From an uncultured Candidatus Poseidoniales archaeon (lineage in GTDB: Archaea > Thermoplasmatota > Poseidoniia > Poseidoniales > Poseidoniaceae), in contig CAZPME010000003.1 in the NCBI GenBank assembly GCA_964587885.1, forward strand, positions 40,996 through 104,995: a stretch of DNA of 64,000 bases, given 5' to 3'. The notes beneath the pieces were generated by a model that was not told the origin of the DNA, did no database searches, and saw nothing but the letters and a program-made list of their open reading frames with translations. Below are positions 36,193 through 46,437 of the stretch, piece by piece (position 1 is the first letter of the stretch; each line of letters starts with the position of its first letter). Both the position numbers and the translations under genes were made by a program.

Positions 36193-38874
36193 TTAGGCAT
36201 CATTGCAAAGAAGTAATATTGACTCGACTACCAAATCAACATCGGGAATGGTATAGTCTTCTAACGGTGGCGAAAATGGTACTGGAGTATCCAAGGCACC
36301 AATGACCATCGGTGCTGATTCAAGTCCAAAGAATGCTTCCTCCAATATTCGACTTTGAATGGTATGTCCTAAACCTCCACACCACTGACCTTCTTGTAAG
36401 ACGATTAGCCGACCTGTGCGTTGTACACTAGCAACGCAGGTTTCTGCATCAAAAGGAAGTATTGTTCGCAAGTCGATTATCTCGACTTGAACCCCTTCAT
36501 CGGCGACGATGTCCGCCGCTTTGAGGGCAACATGAGTCATCGCCCCCCAAGTGACTATTGTCAAATCCGTGCCGCCACGTATCGTTTGTGCCTTACCAAT
36601 GGCATAACGCTCACCTGATTCAACCGCAGAATTGACCGCATCAACCTCGACAATTTGATTGATATCATCACCCCAAGCAGTTTTTCCTCCCCTTAGCCCA
36701 TAGAGGCCGATGTGTTCTAAGAAAAGTACTGGGTCATCGAGTGCCGCGGCCTCGACCAATATGTCATAGGCATCTTGCGGGGTCGAAGGAGTGCAGACAA
36801 TTAACCCACAATCATTAGCAAACCACGTCTCAATCATATTGGCATGGAACGGACCTGAACGGGTCTTACCACCAAGTGGAATACGTACCGTTAATGGAAC
36901 TTTAGCGCCCCAGCGCCAACGTAGCATAGACGCGTTATTGACTAACGCGTTGAATGCTAGTGCGGCAAATCCACCAAACTGTATTTCTGCCATTGGCCGC
37001 ATTCCTGAAAGGGCAGCTCCTGTGGCTGAGTTGATGATGATTGATTCGGACAACGGCATATCGAGTAAGAGGTTTTCATAACCAGCATTTTTGAGTGGAA
37101 TATTCATCCCAAATGCGCCAGCAACTTCCATGTCTTCACCCATGAATACAGTGTTTTCTCCATATCTGTCGGCGATTTTAACCATCGCTTGTTGAATCGC
37201 CCTAGAGTAGGTCCATGATCCCTTTGTCGTGCCGAATTCATTCAAGGTTTCACCACTACCAAGTGGTGCTTGGATTGGCACACTTGAATCTTGTAAATAA
37301 CGGTCAAGATGCTGGCGATGAGTCTGAGCGTCGGAGATGCTGGTGACACCTTTGGTTACGGTGCTTGGGTCAGGCCAAGGCATAGCTTCGACCGCAGCAA
37401 TGGCCGCGTCGGCTTCCTCTTGCGCAAGTTGCTCAATACCTGTAATCTCTGATTCGTCAACTCCTAATTCTAGCAATAATTTGTGATTCAATACCAACGG
37501 GTCTTTTTCTTTCCAGTAGGAAAGCAAATCGCGATCGACATAACCTGGAGGATTCCCCGATTCGGCACCGAGGTACAAATCATCATGGTGGTGAGCGTGG
37601 CCACAGCCACGCATTGTCTCGACATGCATCAATGTCGCTCCGCCACCGCTGAGAGAAAATTCTCGTGCGGTGGCTGAAGCAGCATACCATGCCGCAGGGT
37701 CAGAGCCGTCGATTGTCCACGACGGCATGCCCATCGCAACCGCTTTATCAGCCCATAATTCAACCGCGGATTGATTACTAGCCACAGTATCAAGAGCGAT
37801 TTGATTATTTTGCAAGATGTACATTACCGGCAATCCGCGTACACCTGCTAAATTTAGCGATTCCCACCATTCACCACTACTACTTGCACCCTCACCAATA
37901 CAAGCAACATGGAAGCGCTCTTGTTCAGTTAATTTGGCGGCCAATGCTAATCCGGTAATCGTCGCTGAAGCAATCGGAAGTGGCGCAGTTGGCGGTAAGA
38001 CGCCGTGATTCCATGCCCCAACGTGGAGATCTCTACCACCGGCTGCTAATTCTGACCAGCCACCATCTTGGTTAGAGCCGGATTTACCCAATTGTGCCGC
38101 CATTATTCCTTGGATTGTATCGCCCATAGCTAGGCACAAACCAGCATCGCGAATCATAGGCCCTACAATATCACCTGAATATCCATTGATTGGACTCGCA
38201 TCTTTAGGAGATTGTAAATCTCGATTGAGCGCACTGGCAACAGCAACCACAGCTTCTTGCCAAGTTGAACGAAAGCCCTTGCCACCAAAACTTCCTCCAT
38301 CGGGAGTTGGTAATCCTTCCATGAATATCCGTTTCAAATGCTCATCCATGGCCCTTGTCCTCAACATCATCTCTTGCCACTCTAAGCGCAATTGCTTATC
38401 GATGGTCATGTAGTGAGCCACTCGCCGCAGTGCTAATCGTAAATCGATTAGGAAACGACTAGTACGGCGCTGTAAATGGAGGGTGAAATCACGTCGAGGA
38501 ATTACTTCCTCCGTTGATGAATCAGCATGTCCAACTGATTCTAATCGGGCTGACAAACCCTGTTCGATGGTTTGGCACAATCGACTGGAGAATTCATGCC
38601 ATTGTTGGCCATCCCAAGACTCGGGTTTTTCCTCGCCAACTAGGTGTTCCCATGCTGCACAAAATACTTGCAAGTGGCCATCGTGACGCTCAACGATAAA
38701 GCGCAGCACCTCATTTTTTGCCAATTCCGGACTCAATGGCTGACAAAAATCAAGAGCATTCTCTGGGTCCCATTCAGCCCCATGAATACGAGGAAGGTCG
38801 ATACGTTCCAATGACTCCACCAAAGCCAGCGAAGGGTTTGAGTTGTTTAAGTTCGCGATTGCAAAAATACTCAT
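36193..38874 (-). CDS. 2-oxoacid dehydrogenase E1 component, fused α and β subunits, with ~150-aa N-terminal extension
   Basis: 893 aa. The middle has E1α/TPP-binding features (...RGCGHAHHHDDLYL...). The C-terminal half has E1β/transketolase-C features (MAEIQFGGFAALAFNALVNNASMLRWRWGAKVPLTVRIPLGG). Confidence 0.7.
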   Translation of the reverse strand: MSIFAIANLNNSNPSLALVESLERIDLPRIHGAEWDPENALDFCQPLSPELAKNEVLRFIVERHDGHLQVFCAAWEHLVGEEKPESWDGQQWHEFSSRLCQTIEQGLSARLESVGHADSSTEEVIPRRDFTLHLQRRTSRFLIDLRLALRRVAHYMTIDKQLRLEWQEMMLRTRAMDEHLKRIFMEGLPTPDGGSFGGKGFRSTWQEAVVAVASALNRDLQSPKDASPINGYSGDIVGPMIRDAGLCLAMGDTIQGIMAAQLGKSGSNQDGGWSELAAGGRDLHVGAWNHGVLPPTAPLPIASATITGLALAAKLTEQERFHVACIGEGASSSGEWWESLNLAGVRGLPVMYILQNNQIALDTVASNQSAVELWADKAVAMGMPSWTIDGSDPAAWYAASATAREFSLSGGGATLMHVETMRGCGHAHHHDDLYLGAESGNPPGYVDRDLLSYWKEKDPLVLNHKLLLELGVDESEITGIEQLAQEEADAAIAAVEAMPWPDPSTVTKGVTSISDAQTHRQHLDRYLQDSSVPIQAPLGSGETLNEFGTTKGSWTYSRAIQQAMVKIADRYGENTVFMGEDMEVAGAFGMNIPLKNAGYENLLLDMPLSESIIINSATGAALSGMRPMAEIQFGGFAALAFNALVNNASMLRWRWGAKVPLTVRIPLGGKTRSGPFHANMIETWFANDCGLIVCTPSTPQDAYDILVEAAALDDPVLFLEHIGLYGLRGGKTAWGDDINQIVEVDAVNSAVESGERYAIGKAQTIRGGTDLTIVTWGAMTHVALKAADIVADEGVQVEIIDLRTILPFDAETCVASVQRTGRLIVLQEGQWCGGLGHTIQSRILEEAFFGLESAPMVIGALDTPVPFSPPLEDYTIPDVDLVVESILLLCNDA

Positions 38875-40154
38875 TCTTCGTTTGCACGGTTCTCCATTTC
38901 AGAGAAATAACACTCTCTAAGGATATCTCCATAATACATGGTGATGAATAATCCTATGAGACATGGAGTTGCTAATGCTGCGAAAGTAACCGACCACGAA
39001 CCACTCAAATCAAGCATTATTCCTACTATTATAGGTCCAACTATCGTTCCTGCTGCCCACGCGGTTCCCGCCGCACCAAAGGCCAGACCTGCGCCACCTC
39101 GACCATAGGCTTGACAAGTTGCTGTATCTATCATTGGCAATACCGGAACTTGGGCGGCAGCAACCGAAAATTGGAATATCGCCAATAGTGCTATTGCAGA
39201 ATAAACCATCATCAGATTACTGGAATCTCCGCGCAAAATAATACTCGAGCCAAATAATCCTATACAGACTCCTATCCAACCCATTATCATATATCTAACA
39301 GGTCCTTTTTTGTCGACCAAACGCCCCCACCACCAACTACCGATGCCCTGGAGTAGTACCATTAGCAAGATTGTCGCACCTATCCACTCAACGGATAGAG
39401 AAAGAGGTTCAGCGGCTAAGAATAGTGGGCCGCCAGCCTCTAAGGCACCGGTAACTAATGTTGTCAAAAATACCAATGTACCTATCCTGAACAATACTGG
39501 ATTTTCAAAGAACATCCGTAATGGAACTTTCTCAATCGATTGCACAGTACTACGGTCAGCAAATTTACCACCGTCGATATCTCGCCACGCATAGGCTACC
39601 AATGGTATCGCCAAAGCATTCAATCCTGCTAGTATCAAAAAAGCCAAATCTTGACCCCAAGCAAATGCGAAGCCACCGACTGCTGGGCCTAACAGCCCAC
39701 CAATCATCGCAACTCCAAGCAATTTTCCTGACTGTTCGCCGAAATTATTCGGCCATAATATCGAACTTGCAGCAAATCCTGCGGTAACTATTGCGGCTCC
39801 CGAAAGACCATGCAATAATCTTGCCAATGCCAGTAGAATGAAGGCATTACCAAATATTTCACGAGTCGCCACCAAATATACCAATGAGGTAATTGATAGC
39901 ATGATTACCGAGGCAAGTATTACCCGTCCTGGGCCATATCTGTCGGTTAATCTACCAGTATAGGGTCCCAAAATGAATAATGGCACCGCCCAAAGACTGA
40001 CCAAAGCAGTCGCTTGGGTATTTGAAAGGTCGAATTGTGCTTGCCATTCTGGCAAAATCGGGACGATGAAAGCGTAGCCTAGAAAATCTACGAGAAAGGC
40101 CGACGTAAGGGCCCAGAATGCAAGATTGGGGCGTAGATTATTTGTATCCGACAT
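38871..40154 (-). CDS. MFS transporter
   Basis: 427 aa, 12 TM. MFS-like loop motif GRLTDRYGPGRVI. Confidence 0.75.
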   Translation of the reverse strand: MSDTNNLRPNLAFWALTSAFLVDFLGYAFIVPILPEWQAQFDLSNTQATALVSLWAVPLFILGPYTGRLTDRYGPGRVILASVIMLSITSLVYLVATREIFGNAFILLALARLLHGLSGAAIVTAGFAASSILWPNNFGEQSGKLLGVAMIGGLLGPAVGGFAFAWGQDLAFLILAGLNALAIPLVAYAWRDIDGGKFADRSTVQSIEKVPLRMFFENPVLFRIGTLVFLTTLVTGALEAGGPLFLAAEPLSLSVEWIGATILLMVLLQGIGSWWWGRLVDKKGPVRYMIMGWIGVCIGLFGSSIILRGDSSNLMMVYSAIALLAIFQFSVAAAQVPVLPMIDTATCQAYGRGGAGLAFGAAGTAWAAGTIVGPIIVGIMLDLSGSWSVTFAALATPCLIGLFITMYYGDILRECYFSEMENRANEE

Positions 40155-40163
40155 TTCATTACC

Positions 40164-41240
40164 TCACTCTTCTTCGGAATCATCTCCAGCGTCCTCTTCA
40201 TCATCATCTAAATCTAAGTCAGAAATACTTGCTAATGCATCTCCCATCATTTCAGTTGCATCTTCAAGTTGAGTCAGTAAGGTGATGTCTGCTACGGCAT
40301 CTGGTCTTCCTAAAGCCCATAATAATTCGTAAGTGAAATCGATTGAAGATTTAGTCATCTTCAATAATTCTGGGTCAACAGGAATGAGGTCTTCTTCGGC
40401 TGCATAAGTAATCCGGTCGGGGAGGTCATCAAGGACCGCATCAAGACGCCCTTCAATTTCCATCTCAATTGCATCTGCTTGGTTCTGCAGAACTTCTTCC
40501 ATCGTTCCACCTTTAGCCATCCGTTTACCTTTTTCTGAAGGTGTCGCTCCTTCACCAAGTTTCGGTGATGATTTCATTGAATCGTAGGTTGTTCCCCCGC
40601 CTGAAGAATCAAGGCCATCACCCATCAATAGCAAATCCAATACTATGCGTAATACCTCAGCAAGAACTGAATTATCAACTTCCTGACCGAAATCGATGTT
40701 ATCCTCTTCAAGTTGGGCCTTTAATTTCTCAACGAATTCTTCGTTTATGGATTCTGGACCGAGCAAACTTTGCAACATCGGTAAGGCAATGGAGCCATCT
40801 TGGGTGTTGACTGAAAGGCTGAATCCACCCTCGTCTCCACCGCGTGAGATATCAGCAGGTGGGGGGACAAATTGTTTCTTACTATGTTTCCACAACTGCT
40901 CAATCAATTTGGTCATGTTAAGTGGTTTTCCTAATACTTCGTGTACTCCGGCTTTAGCAGCAGCCACCAAATTTTCATTACCAGTATTACGTGATAGCAT
41001 GACGATACGGCATTTGAAGGCAAACTCCGGGTCCGACATCAGATTTGTTGCAGTATCTAAGGCATCGCCATTCTTCCATTCATCATCAATAACCACTACT
41101 TCTGGCATGGTCGCCAATGCAGTTCCCTCTGTTAATTTAAGGGTTGAGCCACGGGTTACATCAAAGCCCTCGCGCTCCAAAGTATTAGCGAGGAGGTTAC
41201 GTCGACCTTCGTTTTCATCGGAGATGATAATCTTCGCCAA
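40164..41240 (-). CDS. response-regulator receiver (REC) domain protein with long acidic disordered C-terminus
   Basis: N-terminus: IIISDENEGRRNLL...FDV...VVIDDEW..GDALD...IVMLS...AAKAGVHEVLGKP (CheY-like). C-terminal ~200 aa D/E/G-rich ending DLDDDEEDAGDDSEEE. No histidine kinase adjacent. Confidence 0.55.
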   Translation of the reverse strand: MAKIIISDENEGRRNLLANTLEREGFDVTRGSTLKLTEGTALATMPEVVVIDDEWKNGDALDTATNLMSDPEFAFKCRIVMLSRNTGNENLVAAAKAGVHEVLGKPLNMTKLIEQLWKHSKKQFVPPPADISRGGDEGGFSLSVNTQDGSIALPMLQSLLGPESINEEFVEKLKAQLEEDNIDFGQEVDNSVLAEVLRIVLDLLLMGDGLDSSGGGTTYDSMKSSPKLGEGATPSEKGKRMAKGGTMEEVLQNQADAIEMEIEGRLDAVLDDLPDRITYAAEEDLIPVDPELLKMTKSSIDFTYELLWALGRPDAVADITLLTQLEDATEMMGDALASISDLDLDDDEEDAGDDSEEE

Positions 41241-41322
41241 ACCAAACCCCCCTCAAACGTCTCGTTTGCAAACGCCAACATGAATGTTCTCGGTGATTTA
41301 GGTTCTAATTAGGGCATTCCAA

Positions 41323-42519
41323 CTAATAGCGTGGAACGCTAGAATCTACCTCAAGCGACCAAGCATTGATGCCACCGGCCAAATTATACAGTCTTGAACC
41401 ATCAATTCCCAAGCCAATCAACATTGTAATCGCCATCATTGAGCGGCCACCATGGTGGCAATGAACCACAATATCCCCTTCTGCGGGCAACAATTCCAAT
41501 GCTTGGTCAATGGAATTATGAGGGATCAGTGCATCAACTCTCTCAAGTTTGGCAATTTCTGATTCCGCTGTGCTGCGAACATCGAGAACAAAGGGTTGCC
41601 AACCTTGTTTCATTTTCTCAGCGACTTCGGTAGGAGTAATCTCACTAAACATTGTTTCATCTCCCTCCTCATCTAGTCCATCAACTTGTTCACTGCTCGA
41701 CTTAGAAGAATTACTGGCACAAAACTCCTCTACATCACTAAGTTCTGTTACCGCTTGACGGTTTGGGTCACGACTAATTTGTAGACCTCTAAATCGGGTT
41801 TCCAATGCATCGTAGACCAATAGGATCCCAGAAATTGAATCTCCTATTCCCAAGATTGTTTTTACCACTTCATTGGCTTGTAGACTCCCAATTACTGCTG
41901 GAAGAACTCCGAGAACTCCGCCTTCAGCACATGAAGGTACCATTTCACTAGGAGGGGGAGTGGGGAATAAGTCGCGATAATTTGGTCCATTTTGAAAATT
42001 GAAAAGTGAAAGGTGTCCTTCAAAACGATATATTGACCCATAGACCCATGGTATTCCGATTATTTCACAAGCATCACTAATGAGGTAACGTGTGGGAAGA
42101 TTGTCGGTGCCATCGACTACAATATCATAACCGCCAAGTATGTCAAATGCATTGCTGATATCTAGCCGTGTAATGTGAGGTTCGATAGCGATATTGGGGT
42201 TCAATGACTCAAGACGAGCAACAGCACTAGCGACTTTGGAAATTCCAATCTGAGAAGATGAGTGGATTACTTGACGTTGCAGATTTGATTCTTCGACCAC
42301 ATCGTCATCGATAATACCGATTCTACCAACTCCGGCGGCAGCGAGATACATCAATACTGGACTGCCAAGACCACCAGCACCAACTACACAAACCGAAGCT
42401 GAGCGTAACTTTTTTTGTCCATCTGCACCTACTTCTGGTAGAATTAGATGACGGGCGTAGCGACGCTTTTCCGCCTCGGACAATTCCACGCTCATGCCCC
42501 TCGCATAGAAGAGGCGCAC
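41323..42519 (-). CDS. E1-like adenylyltransferase (MoeB/ThiF/UbaA family) fused to C-terminal rhodanese domain
   Basis: RYARHLILPEVGADGQKKLRSASVCVVGAGGLGSP... (ThiF NAD/ATP fold). C-terminal rhodanese with catalytic CHHGGRS loop. Confidence 0.8.
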   Translation of the reverse strand: MRLFYARGMSVELSEAEKRRYARHLILPEVGADGQKKLRSASVCVVGAGGLGSPVLMYLAAAGVGRIGIIDDDVVEESNLQRQVIHSSSQIGISKVASAVARLESLNPNIAIEPHITRLDISNAFDILGGYDIVVDGTDNLPTRYLISDACEIIGIPWVYGSIYRFEGHLSLFNFQNGPNYRDLFPTPPPSEMVPSCAEGGVLGVLPAVIGSLQANEVVKTILGIGDSISGILLVYDALETRFRGLQISRDPNRQAVTELSDVEEFCASNSSKSSSEQVDGLDEEGDETMFSEITPTEVAEKMKQGWQPFVLDVRSTAESEIAKLERVDALIPHNSIDQALELLPAEGDIVVHCHHGGRSMMAITMLIGLGIDGSRLYNLAGGINAWSLEVDSSVPRY

Positions 42520-42534
42520 ATCAATTGCACTGCG

Positions 42535-43464
42535 TCAATGCCCGTCTTCTTCAATCCAGCGCTCGGCATCAATTGCCGCTTGACAACCTTGACCGGCGGC
42601 GGTAATTGCTTGACGATATCGTTTGTCTACAACATCACCAGCAGCAAAAATTCCGGGAACATTTGTCATGGTGTCTTGATGATGTAGGATATAACCTTCA
42701 TCATCGGTTTCAACCTGACCATCAAGAAACGCGGTAATCGGCTTATGACCGATGGCGATGAAAGCACCTGTCACGGCTAATTCTTCGCTTGAGCCGTCGC
42801 GCGGGTCTTCTAAGACCGCCCCAGTTAAACCGCTTTCATCTGAAAGCCAAGATTTGACTTGCCGATTGGTCTTAATCTCAATTTTTGGATGTTTTTGCGC
42901 TCGGTCAAGCATCACTTTGCTAGCGCGAAATACCTCGCGCCGATGGACAACTGTTACCTTACTGGCAAAACGGGTCAAGAATGTCGCTTCCTCCATTGCT
43001 GAATCGCCACCACCAACAACCATGATTTCTTGCTCGCGGAAGAAAGCCCCATCGCAGGTTGCGCAAGTGGAAATACCGCGCCCTTTTTGACCCTCTTCAT
43101 TTTCCGCTCCGAGCCAAATCGCTTCAGCACCGGTACAGATAATCAATGACTGAGCCAAGAATTCTTCACCCTCGACATACACTTTGAAGGGACGCTCACT
43201 CGCATCAATGCGCTCGACATTTTTGTCCTCCACCCGCAAGCCAAATCGCTCAGCCTGTTGGCGTAATTGCATCATCATTTCTGGACCACCAATTCCTTCT
43301 GGATAGCCAGGGAAATTTTCAATATCACTAGTCAGCATCAGTTGACCCCCGGACATATATCCGGCAAACATAAGTGGATCAAGCATTGCTCTTGCTGAAT
43401 AGAGTCCAGCAGTATATCCAGCCGGGCCACTGCCGATGATGATTACATTGTTGATTTGTGACAT
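42535..43464 (-). CDS. trxB: thioredoxin-disulfide reductase
   Basis: VIIIGSGPAGYTAGLY (FAD), redox CATCDG, GGGDSAMEEA (NADPH). Confidence 0.85.
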   Translation of the reverse strand: MSQINNVIIIGSGPAGYTAGLYSARAMLDPLMFAGYMSGGQLMLTSDIENFPGYPEGIGGPEMMMQLRQQAERFGLRVEDKNVERIDASERPFKVYVEGEEFLAQSLIICTGAEAIWLGAENEEGQKGRGISTCATCDGAFFREQEIMVVGGGDSAMEEATFLTRFASKVTVVHRREVFRASKVMLDRAQKHPKIEIKTNRQVKSWLSDESGLTGAVLEDPRDGSSEELAVTGAFIAIGHKPITAFLDGQVETDDEGYILHHQDTMTNVPGIFAAGDVVDKRYRQAITAAGQGCQAAIDAERWIEEDGH

Positions 43465-43565
43465 GGTGGTCTCCTAAAGCGGTGTATTAAGACGCATACT
43501 TTCAATGTTTACTTGAACAAAGCAGGTGTAACAAAGCCCATAATCAACCTCCTTTTCGCCGGTAC

Positions 43566-44126
43566 ATGGATGTCATCTCGCATTGGTTTTGGGGGATGGC
43601 ACTAACCCGAGGAAAAGTCAAGGGAAGATATGCTGGTTTGATGGGAGTCTTACCCGACCTGTGTGCCTTTATCCCTTCAACCATCTATATCATTGCAACT
43701 GGAAGAGAACGAACCAATGTAGACGATGATACTGTAACTGCAGATTTCCCTGAAATAGCTTGGCAGTTGTACCAAATTAGCCATAGCGCGATTTGGGCAA
43801 TACTGGCAATGCTCTCATGCTGGGCTTGGTTTCACTATCGAGGAGTGCCCAAATGGATGTCTACTGTTTTCATTTCCGAAAATGATGCCAAGGGATATGC
43901 TTGGTTGCTTTGGTTACCGTGGCTGGCGCACATAGCAGTAGATATCCCGACACATACACGGAGATTTTTTCCCACTCCCTTTTTGATGCCAATTAGTGAT
44001 TGGACCTTTGATGGAATTCGTTGGTCGACACCGATTATTTTCTTCACCAATGTTACTCTGCTAGTAATCACATGGGCGTTTATTATTGCCCGTGAGAGGA
44101 AAAAAATAGTGGACTTAGAGCATTGA
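43566..44126 (+). CDS. membrane-bound metal-dependent hydrolase-like protein (DUF457/YdjM-like)
   Basis: 186 aa, 4-5 TM, N-terminal ISHWFWG and a ..HIAVDIPTHTRRF motif (D..TH) like the YdjM family. Confidence 0.4.
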   Translation: MDVISHWFWGMALTRGKVKGRYAGLMGVLPDLCAFIPSTIYIIATGRERTNVDDDTVTADFPEIAWQLYQISHSAIWAILAMLSCWAWFHYRGVPKWMSTVFISENDAKGYAWLLWLPWLAHIAVDIPTHTRRFFPTPFLMPISDWTFDGIRWSTPIIFFTNVTLLVITWAFIIARERKKIVDLEH

Positions 44127-44513
44127 TGCGATGGCTGAAATCGCAGCAATGGAATGACTATCTAAGCGCGGTTCAATATGCTGAGGCTCAGCCCCAGGGC
44201 CAATGATTCCCAAGCCAACGGGCTTATCGTGAATCAATTGTAATTCAACGATGGTCTTGATTACAGCATTCCCCATTGCATTACCGTGCTGGGTTTCACC
44301 TTTTTCGATAATTCCTAAACAAGCAACGGCATCAATATCATCACGTGTAAGGAGGCGGTCTATGGCTAAAGGAGTCTCCATTGCTCCAGGAACCCAAATG
44401 ACCTCTGCGACTGCTAAATCATGTTCAGTAGCCGAAACTTCGGCGGTTGCCAACATTCGCTCGACAAAGTCGCGATGGAATGATCCACACACGATTCCGA
44501 TATTAGCGCTCAA
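44115..44513 (-). CDS. ribH: 6,7-dimethyl-8-ribityllumazine synthase
   Basis: 132 aa. IGIVCGSFHRDFVERM ... VPGAMETP ... GIIEKGETQHGNAMGN pattern of lumazine synthase. Last gene of rib operon. Confidence 0.65.
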   Translation of the reverse strand: MSANIGIVCGSFHRDFVERMLATAEVSATEHDLAVAEVIWVPGAMETPLAIDRLLTRDDIDAVACLGIIEKGETQHGNAMGNAVIKTIVELQLIHDKPVGLGIIGPGAEPQHIEPRLDSHSIAAISAIASML

Positions 44514-45121
44514 TTTCTCGCCTCCATATATCTCTCAACAGTGTCGACAATCGCTTGGGTCTTTGCATCTATTTCAAGATTCACAGTAGCACCTATAGCA
44601 CGTTGAGAAAAGCAGGTGCGTTGTAGTGTTTCGGGAATCAGCCAAACCGAGAATGTTCCGGCTGGATTGGTGCTTGCAACGGTTAGAGAAGCACCATCCA
44701 ATCCGATGAAACCTTTTGGCAATATGTATCGCATCCATTCTGGAGACACCGAGAAAGTTAGCACGTAATTGTTATCGGGATGAGAGATTTCTACCACTTC
44801 AGCAATTGTGCTGATATGACCTGACATTTCGTGACCGCCGATTTCACTTCCGAATGTCGCAGCGCGTTCAAAATTTACCTTATCGCCACAACGTCGGTCA
44901 CCCAATGTGGTTTTTGCAAGGGTTTCACCAACTAAATCAAACTCGACTACTGTCGCGGAAATTTGAGCCGCAGTAAGACATACTCCATCAATTGCAATAC
45001 TTGCACCAACTTCAATTCCAGCCAATCCCTCGGCTGGAAATTTAACGTGTAATTTACTACTGCCGTCAGCAATTTCGTGTACGGAAATTTCGGCTGTACC
45101 TTGTACGATTCCACTAAACAT
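44510..45121 (-). CDS. ribE: riboflavin synthase (eubacterial-type α subunit, two lumazine-binding repeats)
   Basis: MFSGIVQGTAEI...GASIAIDGVCLTAAQI...VEFDLVGETL...GGHEMSGHI...GFIGLDGASLTVAS...IPETLQRT closely parallels bacterial RibC/RibE. Confidence 0.85.
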   Translation of the reverse strand: MFSGIVQGTAEISVHEIADGSSKLHVKFPAEGLAGIEVGASIAIDGVCLTAAQISATVVEFDLVGETLAKTTLGDRRCGDKVNFERAATFGSEIGGHEMSGHISTIAEVVEISHPDNNYVLTFSVSPEWMRYILPKGFIGLDGASLTVASTNPAGTFSVWLIPETLQRTCFSQRAIGATVNLEIDAKTQAIVDTVERYMEARN

Positions 45122-45567
45122 TACTGATCCACCTCACGTAACTCAATGATTCGTGCAATAATTTTACGAGTTCCATCAAGGTCTTCGGTCAATCCTTCCA
45201 CTCGACATAGTTCAATATGTTTCATATTGCGCTCATCCAAAGATTTCCGGATCCCAGCTTCAGCGTGCTCTTGGTCGTATCCCAGGGCGATAATATCTGG
45301 CTGTAAATCGGGTAAAATATCGAATATCGAAATCTCTGGAGGATTGCCAATTACCGCAACGTCAACCGGTTTGAGGCCCGCTACCATTCGGCAACGGAGG
45401 TCTTGAGGAGTTACTGGCTCGTGCTTACGCTTGCGGACTGTATCGTCGTGGGCGATGATGACAGTTAGGTGCTCACCCAAGGCTTTCGCCTGTTCCAAAT
45501 AATGTAGATGCCCAGCGTGCAATAGGTCAAAGACCCCAACCGCAAGTACTCTCTTCATCTTCCTCAC
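45121..45567 (-). CDS. ribL: FAD synthetase, archaeal cytidylyltransferase-like (RibL)
   Basis: 148 aa. (H/T)xGH nucleotidyltransferase motif VGVFDLLHAGHLHYLEQAK. Embedded in rib operon. Confidence 0.6.
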   Translation of the reverse strand: MRKMKRVLAVGVFDLLHAGHLHYLEQAKALGEHLTVIIAHDDTVRKRKHEPVTPQDLRCRMVAGLKPVDVAVIGNPPEISIFDILPDLQPDIIALGYDQEHAEAGIRKSLDERNMKHIELCRVEGLTEDLDGTRKIIARIIELREVDQ

Positions 45568-45584
45568 CCTGCCTAAGACTCATG

Positions 45585-46316
45585 CTATTTATCTGCGGCG
45601 GACAATACCGTTTTGATGTCATCACCGGAAAGAAACGGTATTCCTCTCTCTTGAGCCCAAATTCTTGCATCTGAGACCGAGAGAGCTTTGTCGCCATCCG
45701 GCTGCAACATTTCCGCACCCATCACCACCGGTAGTGTACCGGCCAGTCGAGCAAGTCCTACGGCTAACTCGGTATGTCCTTCTCGAACTGTTAGTCCACC
45801 CTCTGACTCCCGACAAATCGGTATATGTCCCGGTGTGCGGAATTCATTTCCCAACGCCGCAATACTGGATTCTACTGTAGATTGAGAGTCATATAACTCA
45901 CCAAATAATTCCGCAAAACGCCGCGCTGTAAGACACCTGTCAGCGTCGGTGATCCCAGTGAAAGTATCTCGATGATTTAGCGAGAGAGTGAAAGCACTTC
46001 GGGCATCATATTGCAAATCATTAGTAATTAATGCAGCCAGCACGGGATTTGTTTTCACCAATGTAGCATCTGTATGCAAATCTTGGAGAAATGGTAAAGC
46101 GAATTGTTCGCCAACTTCGTGGCCAATTGCCAAGAATAGTAGCCCGCCACAGTCACTGCGCAATTGACGTATTTTCTCAGCATTGAGTGACTCGGCCGAG
46201 AATAACAAATCGGTTTCACCTTCACGAAACTCAGAATCGAATACACAGACCGGGTCACCATTGCGGAAGGCAGTGATTGCGGCGTTTGCATCTCCCATGG
46301 TATTGCGACCAGCCAT
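45585..46316 (-). CDS. ribB: 3,4-dihydroxy-2-butanone 4-phosphate synthase
   Basis: VCVFDSEFREGETDLLFSAE matches the DHBP synthase motif (V.DDE.RENEGDLI). 243 aa. Confidence 0.8.
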   Translation of the reverse strand: MAGRNTMGDANAAITAFRNGDPVCVFDSEFREGETDLLFSAESLNAEKIRQLRSDCGGLLFLAIGHEVGEQFALPFLQDLHTDATLVKTNPVLAALITNDLQYDARSAFTLSLNHRDTFTGITDADRCLTARRFAELFGELYDSQSTVESSIAALGNEFRTPGHIPICRESEGGLTVREGHTELAVGLARLAGTLPVVMGAEMLQPDGDKALSVSDARIWAQERGIPFLSGDDIKTVLSAADK

Positions 46317-46437
46317 TCCCCTTTGAATACTGCTAAGTGCTCAAGCGCATAGTTAAAGGCAGACGGAATACAATGTTCTTATTCGGAGTCAAGAAAATGG
46401 ACAAATTCACATTAAAGAAAGAGAATCCAACAGCATA

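Noticed and set aside
46317-46437. FMN riboswitch upstream of the rib operon
   Set aside because: No conserved FMN-element sequence blocks are visible, and such riboswitches are not expected in archaea.
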